Origin: Marine Group II euryarchaeote MED-G34
GTDB taxonomy: Archaea > Thermoplasmatota > Poseidoniia > Poseidoniales > Thalassarchaeaceae
Length of the DNA: 61,270 bases
Assembly: GCA_002457605.1 (NCBI GenBank)
Contig: NTJT01000004.1
Coordinates: 1 to 61,270, forward strand
Direction: 5' to 3'
Under the pieces are notes generated by a model. That model worked only from the letters and a program-made list of their open reading frames with translations. It was not told the origin of the DNA and ran no database searches. The position numbers and the translations under genes were made by a program. Shown in pieces: positions 23,582 to 32,500 of this stretch; position 1 is the stretch's first letter, and every line of letters starts with the position of its first letter.

Positions 23582-24902
23582 CTCCTCCTCTAATAGACGC
23601 TGAGACAATCTCATTCCAAGGAGCATCGGTCCTGAATGCTGGCTTCCCATATCTGGCAACGGCTGCCCTGTATCCAGCATCTCTGAGTATCTCAGCCATA
23701 CTGTTGGGGCTGACTGGTGAGCCGCAACCAAGCCAACTGGCGAGTTTGTCGACTAGGATGAGGTGTGGAGCGTCGATGACCCCAGCTTCCTCTGAGATGT
23801 GTCTTACGCTACGAATTACCTTCCTACGTTCATACTCAAAATCCCGCTCTGACCAGCCGACTGGGTCATCTTCAATGGCGCTAGGGCCACATAACTCGAG
23901 AGCACGCTCCTCGGTCATCGAGACCATCGCTTCTGTTTGGCCTAACGGACCTATCCACATCGGCCCAGAGATGCGCTTGTCAGAACGATTGACAGGGTGA
24001 GATAATGGAAGGAAACAGTGCATTGGCAGTGTGTCGATTGAAGTCTCCGGCTGAAGTCCTGATTCGATTGATGAAGAGACCTCTTCAGCAGTAGGAGAAG
24101 CCACTCTCCATCCGAGGGAATCCTCGACATCGTTAGCCCTCTCTATGCTACGCAGTACACGCACTGAGACCCTGAGATGGTGTGACTCCCATATTGAGAG
24201 AAGAGGCTCAATCGAACGCTCATGTCTCGCTGCCGTCCTCGCTACAGTTGCCAACAGTACTCTGAGCCCCGAGTCGTGCGCAAGTCCATCAGTCCGTACT
24301 CGCGCCCCGTAGCGACGCAACAAAGCGCTTTTTGAAGAACCTGTAAGGGCTGCACTATCGGTGGCGCTGATTTCGGCAACACCTCTTCTAGCTAATGACT
24401 GGATAGCGGTGTCGAGAAACGGCAGGGGCGATCCATATGGATCGATGTCGACCCAGTGCCTCCCGTGCTCTAACACACTCTTGCGCAAATCACCCAGATG
24501 CGGTAACAACTCACCTTTTCCGTGCTCTGGTGGAAACTCCTCGTGGCACTTCATGGCCCAGCTAAGGGCCACTGGATCCATGTCCCCCATCGTCGCGCTG
24601 ATGCGAGTCGCGCTCTGTGCCGGTAGTTCATTCAACCACCGTCTGGCTCTCAGCCCGGTGGCCGACAGCCCATCCAATGCATAGATTGAGCCATTTCCTA
24701 GCAATCCCTCCTCGATGCAATGCTGCAGCAGCAGCACACTGCGGGTACGACTTCCAGACATCGCTGGATTGTGGAATACATCCCCCTGCCCCTTCGCGGC
24801 CGGCCCCGTCCCCGATTCGCTCGGATCACGGGCCAACCTGCACAGGGTTCTCCCCTCACGGTGCAGCACGCCGGGCCAATCCTCAGGTTCTGTACCATCC
24901 AT
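23565..24902 (-). CDS. trm1: tRNA (guanine26-N2)-dimethyltransferase Trm1
   Basis: FHNPAMSGSRTRSVLLL and VDIDPYGSPLPFLDTAIQSL are Trm1 hallmarks. Confidence 0.85.
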   Translation of the reverse strand: MDGTEPEDWPGVLHREGRTLCRLARDPSESGTGPAAKGQGDVFHNPAMSGSRTRSVLLLQHCIEEGLLGNGSIYALDGLSATGLRARRWLNELPAQSATRISATMGDMDPVALSWAMKCHEEFPPEHGKGELLPHLGDLRKSVLEHGRHWVDIDPYGSPLPFLDTAIQSLARRGVAEISATDSAALTGSSKSALLRRYGARVRTDGLAHDSGLRVLLATVARTAARHERSIEPLLSIWESHHLRVSVRVLRSIERANDVEDSLGWRVASPTAEEVSSSIESGLQPETSIDTLPMHCFLPLSHPVNRSDKRISGPMWIGPLGQTEAMVSMTEERALELCGPSAIEDDPVGWSERDFEYERRKVIRSVRHISEEAGVIDAPHLILVDKLASWLGCGSPVSPNSMAEILRDAGYRAAVARYGKPAFRTDAPWNEIVSASIRGGDVSNG

Positions 24903-24952
24903 GCCGGTCCGAGATGATTATCGCACAAGGCATTGACGACTACAAGCCTCAT

Positions 24953-26056
24953 TCAGTAATGCTCGAAAACGATGTTAGGGTCATGATGAGTCACTCTTCT
25001 ACCATTGTCGTTCACTGAACCCACTCTGCGAGTTCCTGGAAGCCTCTCTGATAGCCACTGCCCAACCGCTTCAGCGGAGTCTTCTGATACAGCCAGCACC
25101 ATCCCCATCCCCATGTTGAAGGTACGATGCATCTCCCTACTGTCTACGGAGCCGACATCTGATATCCATGAGAACTCTGGATGCACCGGTAGGGGATTAT
25201 CGATGTGCCAGCCGAGACTGTCGTGAAGCCTGAGTAGATTGGATAGGCCGCCTCCGGTGATGTGTGCCATCGCCTTGAGGTCATCGGACGAGCAAGGCCC
25301 TTTTCCCTCCCTGCATGCAAGCACTAGATCGACGAGTGGGTCTACATAGATTCTAGTCGGATTGAGCATCACCTCACCTAGAGTGAATCCCTCATCCGAG
25401 GCCCACTTGGATATCCGCCCATCGTCGTTGATATCGAAAGGAACTGCATCATCGAGAGACTTTCCCGAGCGTTTCAAGACTGCTCTGACCAAGGTGTATC
25501 CGTTGGAGTGCAGACCGCTGCTAGGAAGTCCAATCAAAACATCCCCTGATTCTAGCCTGTCCCCGGTAATCGCATGCCCCACGGGGAACCACCCGAGAGC
25601 CGTTCCAGAGAGATCTAATTCGATTACAATCCCTGGGAGAGTAGCCGTTTCACCTCCGGCAAGAGTTACTCTGGCTAATCGGCAACCCTCAGCGAGTGAG
25701 GAGCCCAGCGCAGAGTGCACCGCAGGGTCGCTCTCTGGGACAGCGATGTAGTCAACGAAGGCGAGTGGTTCCGCGCCAACGCAGATAAGATCGTTGACGT
25801 TCATAGCTATACAGTCGATACCCACACCTTGCAGCCACCCCGCCTGACCGGCCAGCTGCAGTTTCGAGCCCACTCCATCGGTTGCCAAGGCGAGTCGCGA
25901 ATCACCGAATTCGATGATGCCTCCGAACCCACCAGGCAAGGGGACTGGAGCACCCTTCTCACCAGACGTCCTCACTGATGAGCCCAGTGCATCTACTAGG
26001 CTGGCTATAGCTCGTCCTTCAGCATCGATGTCGACGCCGCTGGAAGCGTAGTCCAT
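24953..26056 (-). CDS. purM: Phosphoribosylformylglycinamidine cyclo-ligase PurM
   Basis: YASSGVDIDAEGRAI...GGFGG...ALATDGVGSK...GIDCIAMNVNDL...TGGG. Start set to MDYASSG (26056); an upstream ATG at 26092 is possible. Confidence 0.9.
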   Translation of the reverse strand: MDYASSGVDIDAEGRAIASLVDALGSSVRTSGEKGAPVPLPGGFGGIIEFGDSRLALATDGVGSKLQLAGQAGWLQGVGIDCIAMNVNDLICVGAEPLAFVDYIAVPESDPAVHSALGSSLAEGCRLARVTLAGGETATLPGIVIELDLSGTALGWFPVGHAITGDRLESGDVLIGLPSSGLHSNGYTLVRAVLKRSGKSLDDAVPFDINDDGRISKWASDEGFTLGEVMLNPTRIYVDPLVDLVLACREGKGPCSSDDLKAMAHITGGGLSNLLRLHDSLGWHIDNPLPVHPEFSWISDVGSVDSREMHRTFNMGMGMVLAVSEDSAEAVGQWLSERLPGTRRVGSVNDNGRRVTHHDPNIVFEHY

Positions 26057-26255
26057 CGGTTCACCTCCCACAGCACTGCGGGGAGGCTGCACCCCATCAT
26101 CCTCACTATCTTCAGATTACTCGTGATACAGGAAAAACCGCAATTCCTGCTATAATTGGCACATTTTACTCTCCAATCGGTTTACCTTCGATAATTTTCG
26201 CGAATCTCTATAACGGGCACACATTGTCGCGGGCGGCACTAGAGTGTGAAACACT

Positions 26256-29200
26256 ATGGAAAATAAGAAAATAATTGCAATGATGCTTACCCTGAGCATG
26301 CTAGCGGCAGCGTTCGCTGGTTGTCTAGGGGGAGATGATGAACCGGAACCTGAACCGGAAGACGTACCGGGTTGTATGGACGCTACTGCGAACAACTACA
26401 ACGCCGATGCGACATCCGATGATGGGTCGTGTACGTACGACCCAACATGGTCCTTGACACCCGCAGCTAGCGTAAGTGCAGCGTGGGTAGCTTCGGACTG
26501 GGATCCCATCATCCCCAACCTGAATGCGGGAGATATGTGTGACGCTATTCTCTCGGCGATGACCAAGACGGATGAGAGAGACCAAGTGGTCGATTTCACC
26601 CGTGGCTATTACACTAGTAGCCAGGGAGTCATTGGAGCTAGCGGAGCTGCTGCCATCTCTGATGTCAGCGAGTTGAACGCGGCTGGAACTACGATTGCAC
26701 TTGCATCGGGAACCACCTCGGACATCTACGCGCAGGAGAACCTTGCCGCCGCTACTATCCAAGCCTACACCGACTGGCCTTCTGTGATACTCGCAATCAA
26801 CAACGGAGATGCGGACTACGCACTCGGCGACGCACCTGTGCTCGCATTGGAGGGCGCTCTTATGACGACCTTCTCTGACGAGACTTTCGGTCTCGCTATT
26901 CGCGAGGACTCTAATGAGCTCGAAGACGCTCTGAACGTCGCGATAACCGCGCTTGTAGATGGTGGTCAGTACGACGCCATCTTTGGAGCATGGTTCGAGG
27001 GCACTGTGGTCCTAACCGACGACAGGACAGCCGACACCGCTACGGCGTACCCGACACCTACCGAGGGCAGTACCCTCACTGGTGTGTTGGAGTCTGGCAG
27101 TCTAGAGTTCTGCATTGACCCGTTCTACCCACCGTTCGAGAACCTCGACGCGGATGGGAATGAGGAGGGCTTCGACATAGATATCGGAGACGCAATCGCT
27201 GAGGAGTTGGCCGCTCACTACATGGGCGCCGACAACCCTGATTTCGTACCTCCTGTTGTTGTGACCACGAAGATCGGACTACTGAACCCGCTGACTGGCC
27301 CGATTGCCGTTTACGCACCACCCTTCACATGGGCTGCGCAAGCTGCGATTGATGACCTGAATGCCGCGGCTGCGAGTGTAGGAGTTGACATGACCTTCGA
27401 GCTTGTCGAGGCCGACTCTGGCTGCAGCGGCGATGTCGCTTCTGGAGCCGCCCAGTCCCTAGTGGACGCGGGCGTTGTCGGTGTTGCAGGAGCTGCCTGC
27501 TCCGGCGCCTCAATGGCTGCTAACGCGGTCTTGAACGCTGCAGGAGTTCCGCAGGTCTCGTACGCGAGCACCAACCCCGGTCTGAGCGATGCCAGTGCCT
27601 ACCCAGGCTTCTGGCGAGTCGTTCCGAGCGACGCCATACAGGGTCCAGCCATGTCTGACATGGTGGGTGCTGCTGGCGTGTCCAACGTGGCTCTGATCCA
27701 CATGACCAACGACTACGGTGCTGGTCTGGCAGACGCCTTCGCGGACGCTTGGGGTGGCGCAGATTTCCTGTGCACCCAGATTGGCTACGAGGACACACAG
27801 ACTGACTTCGCTGCCGAGGTCCAGGCCATCGCTGACGCTGAGTGCGACTCGGTGGTCATGGTATCCTACTCCAGTGATGGAGCGGCTATCATGGAGACCA
27901 TGGCTGTGCTAGGAGTCTCAGTGCCTGTCTTCGGCGCAGACGGAATCGCAGACGCGGCTTGGCTGGAAGACTTCAGCGTACCCGCAGCTGCTAACGGCGT
28001 GATGGCTACCAAGCCTCGTGCTGGTTCCAGCGCGGGCGACTTTAACGACGAGTGCTCGATGGACGAGACGTGCGCTGGTGGTATCTACACCGCCGAGACC
28101 TACGACGCTGTGATGATGATCGGTCAGGCTGCAATGCATGAGAATGGAGCCAACATGGCATCCCACCTCAACATGGTCGGAGTGGACTACGCTGGTGCAA
28201 GCGGTTCGCACACCTTCCTCAGCAACGGAGACGTTGCTGGAGCGGGTTACGATATCTGCGAGTTCGTAGCACTGTCAAGCTCTGACATCTACTTCAACTG
28301 CATGGAGTGGTGGTCGGCTATCGACGGCATCCAGGACACCCCCTTCAACGGTGCTACCGTGAAGATTGGATTCCTGAACCCGATGACTGGACCTATCGCT
28401 GTTTACGCACCGGGCTTCGGTGCTGCGGCAACCATCGCCCTCGGGATGATGAACGCTGCAGGATGGAGCAACGGTCTACAGTTTGAGATGGTAATGGCTG
28501 ACTCTGGTTGCAACGGCGACGTCGCTGCTACCGCAGCTCAGACCCTAATCGATGCTGGAGTAGTCGGTGTAGTGGGAGCAGCTTGCTCAGGCGCAACAAT
28601 GGCCGCTAACGCGGTTCTCAGCGCTGCAGGTATCCCAATGATCTCGTACGCGAGCACCAACCCTGGTCTCAGCGACGCAGAAGCATACCCGAACTTCTTC
28701 CGAGTTGTGCCTAGCGACGCTATCCAGGGCCCTGCTCTGAATGACGTGGTCACAGCAGATGGCGGCACCGCTGTCGCTCTGATGTACATGACCAACGACT
28801 ACGGCTCAGGATTCGCTGACGCGTTCACAGCCGCTCATGGTGCAGACAACCTCTGTGCTTCGATTGGCTATGAGGAGACCACAACCGACTTCACCTCTCA
28901 GGTGCAGCAGGTTATAGACAACAGCTGTGGCAGTGTAGTAATGATTTCGTACGCTGCTGACGGAGCGGCCATCGTTGAGGAGCTCGCAGCTCAGAGCTTC
29001 TCTGGACAGATTTTCGGAGGCGACGGTGTCGCTGAGGAAGGACTGTGTGCTTCGATGACTGACCCAACACTGTGCGATGGTATCGTTGCCACCAAGCCGG
29101 CTTCGGCTACCCCGAATGAGCGCTCGGTGGCTTTCGCCGCTATTTGTGGAGCAATCCCTGACTGCGCTGAAGGTATCTACACCGCTGAGGCGTTCGATGC

Positions 29201-29441
29201 TATGATCATCATGGGATACGCTGTATTCGCGGGCGCTTCGAGCCCCGCGGGCACACCTCTCGGCTTGCTGATTGGTGCTGTTGGACAGGGCTTCGTAGGC
29301 GCCAGTGGCGTCCACACCTTCACCGCCGGTGGCGATGTAGGCGGCAACGGATACTGTGTTGGAACCTTCAACGCAGCAGACGATGGAACTGTCTCGTTCG
29401 ACTGCGACCGATTCTGGTCGCTGTCGGGCGGCATATCCTGA
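26256..29441 (+). CDS. Lipoprotein-anchored triple substrate-binding protein: family-3 (polar amino acid) SBP-like domain plus two tandem LIVBP-type (branched-chain amino acid) domains
   Basis: The signal and lipobox are MLTLSMLAAAFAGC. A Cys-bounded GCMDATANNYNADATSDDGSCTY module follows. The SBP_bac_3-like segment is MTKTDERDQVVDFTRGYY...GTTSD...ADYALGDAPV. Two LIVBP units each begin KIG(L/F)LNP(L/M)TGPIAVYAP. Confidence 0.88.
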   Translation: MENKKIIAMMLTLSMLAAAFAGCLGGDDEPEPEPEDVPGCMDATANNYNADATSDDGSCTYDPTWSLTPAASVSAAWVASDWDPIIPNLNAGDMCDAILSAMTKTDERDQVVDFTRGYYTSSQGVIGASGAAAISDVSELNAAGTTIALASGTTSDIYAQENLAAATIQAYTDWPSVILAINNGDADYALGDAPVLALEGALMTTFSDETFGLAIREDSNELEDALNVAITALVDGGQYDAIFGAWFEGTVVLTDDRTADTATAYPTPTEGSTLTGVLESGSLEFCIDPFYPPFENLDADGNEEGFDIDIGDAIAEELAAHYMGADNPDFVPPVVVTTKIGLLNPLTGPIAVYAPPFTWAAQAAIDDLNAAAASVGVDMTFELVEADSGCSGDVASGAAQSLVDAGVVGVAGAACSGASMAANAVLNAAGVPQVSYASTNPGLSDASAYPGFWRVVPSDAIQGPAMSDMVGAAGVSNVALIHMTNDYGAGLADAFADAWGGADFLCTQIGYEDTQTDFAAEVQAIADAECDSVVMVSYSSDGAAIMETMAVLGVSVPVFGADGIADAAWLEDFSVPAAANGVMATKPRAGSSAGDFNDECSMDETCAGGIYTAETYDAVMMIGQAAMHENGANMASHLNMVGVDYAGASGSHTFLSNGDVAGAGYDICEFVALSSSDIYFNCMEWWSAIDGIQDTPFNGATVKIGFLNPMTGPIAVYAPGFGAAATIALGMMNAAGWSNGLQFEMVMADSGCNGDVAATAAQTLIDAGVVGVVGAACSGATMAANAVLSAAGIPMISYASTNPGLSDAEAYPNFFRVVPSDAIQGPALNDVVTADGGTAVALMYMTNDYGSGFADAFTAAHGADNLCASIGYEETTTDFTSQVQQVIDNSCGSVVMISYAADGAAIVEELAAQSFSGQIFGGDGVAEEGLCASMTDPTLCDGIVATKPASATPNERSVAFAAICGAIPDCAEGIYTAEAFDAMIIMGYAVFAGASSPAGTPLGLLIGAVGQGFVGASGVHTFTAGGDVGGNGYCVGTFNAADDGTVSFDCDRFWSLSGGIS
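27270..29438 (+). repeat. Tandem in-frame duplication of a roughly 364-aa LIVBP domain (27270-28361 and 28362-29438)
   Basis: Long colinear peptide matches include ADSGC(S/N)GDVA..AAQ.L.DAGVVGV.GAACSGA.MAANAVL.AAG.P..SYASTNPGLSDA.AYP.F.RVVPSDAIQGPA in both copies. Nucleotide similarity is visible but diverged. Confidence 0.8.
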
Positions 29442-29475
29442 GTCCTTAGTGACTGAAAGGAAACTGGGAACGTAA

Positions 29476-29508
29476 AGCACCACGGCGGGCTAACTGCCTG
29501 CCGTGGTG
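29476..29508 (+). terminator. Perfect 10-bp intercistronic hairpin between the SBP and permease genes
   Basis: gcaccacggc (29476-85) pairs with gccgtggtgc (29499-29508) across a 13-nt loop. Confidence 0.4.
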
Positions 29509-29564
29509 CCCCCCAACAATGATTACTATCTACAGACAGCGTCAGACGGGCGGTATCACCGCCG

Positions 29565-32500
29565 GTGTTATCGATGCTCGACTCCCAACTTAGCAGGTGG
29601 AACTCTCTGTCTCGAGGGAGCCGTAGGACGGCCATCGCGCTGCTCATCATCATAGACGCCAATATGGGTCTACTGAACGGCTGGGGCCTACTCAATCTGT
29701 TAGACTCCCTCTCTGGGGGCAATGTACCCAATGATATGGTCTGGCTGCTGCAGGTCATTGAGTCAATTTCAGGTGGATTCTTCCTAGTCAAGATCCTATT
29801 CGACGATGTTCCTGCAAGTTGGCCAAGATCGATTGCCATCGCCTTGTCGCCAATATTCCTGTTGTTCATGGTGGGCATGAGTCTTGACAATCTATTCAAG
29901 GGCCTGAATGACGACGTCAGACTAACTCTCGACCTCATCTCCATAGGCACATCAACACTCACATGGTCATCGACCTATCTCGCAATCGCAGTCGGACTGA
30001 CTCTCACTTACAAGGTCCAGCGCTACGGTAACTTTGCCCAAAGTGAGTTCTTCATGCTCGGCATGTATCTCTCTATGGTCATGGTCTGGTCTGACTACTT
30101 CTTCCCGATGTACGATGCACCTCTGGACGGCACTCTGGCATGGTCTGTACTTCTCTGGACGCTTGTTGCCGCTTTCGTACTCACCGGTCTTGCTGGTATC
30201 ATCATCGACAGGCTCGTTTATCGCGGTTTCAGGAAGAAGGAAGCTTCACCGCAGGTGATGATGATTGCTTCTCTAGGGGTGGCTCTAGCTCTGAGGGCCA
30301 TCACCTACCTCCGCTTCGGCGCCGGCAAGAAGATGTTTGAGCCGGATGCTGATTGGAGAGTCCCAACTTTGAGGTGGGACATACCAACCCAGAAACTGCG
30401 ATTGAATTTAGGCGTCAGGGATCTCGAAGATGGTGATACATACACGCACGGTGGATGCGAGGCAGTAGGCACAGACGAGGCCGGTGCACCGCTGTACGAA
30501 CATATCACGAGTGAGGGCAGCAAGCCACTGTTTGATCTGTATAATCTAGCCAACGACTGTGTCACCGAGGCCACCACTGGCTATGCTTACTACAAGGGTG
30601 CAATCCCTGTCATAGTCTTCACCTCCGTCATTCTACTGCTGATCCTGCTCAGGAAGACTCGGCTCGGGCGCAGAATGAGGGCAGTAGCCGACAACCCCGA
30701 CCTAGCAGCCAGCAGCGGAATCAACGTCGAACGAATCCAACTAACAAGCGCATTCCTGTCAGCAGGAATTTCAGGAATGGGAGGGGCCATCTTCGCAATG
30801 ACCCTCAGGTTCACCCCGGAGACCGCCTTCACTCTCCTACTGCCCTCGTTTGCGGTAATCGTCCTCGGAACCATTGGCTCGATTCCTGGAGCCATTGTAG
30901 GCTCACTGATTGTCGGTTTCGTCAGAGCCCTCTCCTCACCTGTATTGATTGGAATCGGACTTCCTCTGGGGCGTTCCAACTACACTGCTCTAGACGGTGT
31001 GATGCCCTATGTCTTCCTTGTAGCAATACTCATGATTATGCCAGAAGGCATCGGGTCGGCATGGGAGAAATGGAAAGTCGACAGGTTACGCAAACGAGCT
31101 GAGGAGAAACCATCCAAAAAACTGGGGGCGATTCTCGCCATATCTCCTTTGGGTGTATTGGGGGCGCATAACTTCCAGCAGAGGAAAAACGCCAGAGGCG
31201 AATCGATGATGATCGTGACCATCGGGGCCTATGTGTTCAGCAGAATCACCCGCTTCATTGCTGGCAACTCATTCGCCCAGGGATCCTGCTCCGACGACTG
31301 CCAGGACTCTGGCTCAGTCGCAACTAACTTCGAGATGGTGACTGGCCGTACCGAGGGTGAATTCGTTCTCACCGACTCGCCATTTACAGAATCGGATGTC
31401 CAGATTAGCCCTCCCAGCGACATGGACTCCACCGCTGCAGAACAGTGGCTCGCAGACGCACTCGCTGATTTGAACAACTCATGGCTGAACTTGATGAACA
31501 CCGAACTTGGATTCGTCAACACCCTAGTGGACCTAGGTGACGTCATCTGGCCTGCCGTCCCGATACTGGTCTGGTTGATTGCTGTAATTGAGGGCTACTT
31601 CCTGTTTCAGGGTCGTGAAGATGACGCCTTGGAGCCACTGACTGACTTCATCGCAAACCTGACCGCGCCTATCACCCAGTCTAGGAACTCTAGCTCGGTA
31701 GCCGTTACTCAGGCCCTCGGTTCGGCACGGACTCCACTAGATTCTTTCCACACAACGTTGTACAATGGCTTAGATAGTTTCCAGTCGGGATTCGACCGTG
31801 AACAGAAATACATGCTTCTAGCCGTCTTAGTAGTAATTCTCGCCACAGTTCTTCCACCGTTCTTCGCAAGGGCCCTATTGATTCTAGTTCTTCTGTGGAT
31901 CGTCGGTCTCTCACTACTTGCTTGGAAGACGGGAAATCCTCCCCTAGGGGAACTGAGGCGCCTAGCGCCGTATGGCAGAGAGAGCCCTTTCGGATCGTGG
32001 GTCGCGTTCATCTCCCTGCTGGTATTCTTGCTGCTGTTCGTCGAGTGGCTGCCGGTAGCAGAATCCGAGAATCAGGCCTTCATCAAGACACTGCAAGTTT
32101 CCAACGTACTACTGACTCTCGCCATATTCTCGCTGATGGCCTTCTCTCTGAACTTGCATACTGGTGTTACGGGAATGGTCAACTTTGGAGTCATATTCTT
32201 CGTTGGGGTGGGGGCAATAACTGTGGGCATCTTGACCGCCCCCAAGGATTTGCATGGTTACGACTGGCCAATTTTCTGGGCGGTCGTAGCAGGGGTGCTC
32301 CTATCGGCTTTATTCGGCTGGTTATTGGCATACCCCACGGCAAGGCTCCGGATGGACTACTTCGCCATCGTGACAATATCACTCGGTGAGATTGTACGCG
32401 TACTGTTGATGGGCGAACCTTTGCTGAGGGCCGGTTCTTGGGGATCGTCAATAGGTATCTCGCGTTATCCTATGCCGTTTGAGAACTGGTGGTTCTGCGG

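Noticed and set aside
29177-29962. 261-aa minus-strand ORF spanning the SBP/permease junction
   Set aside because: It is antisense to two strongly supported genes and crosses the intercistronic hairpin. Its composition is not protein-like.
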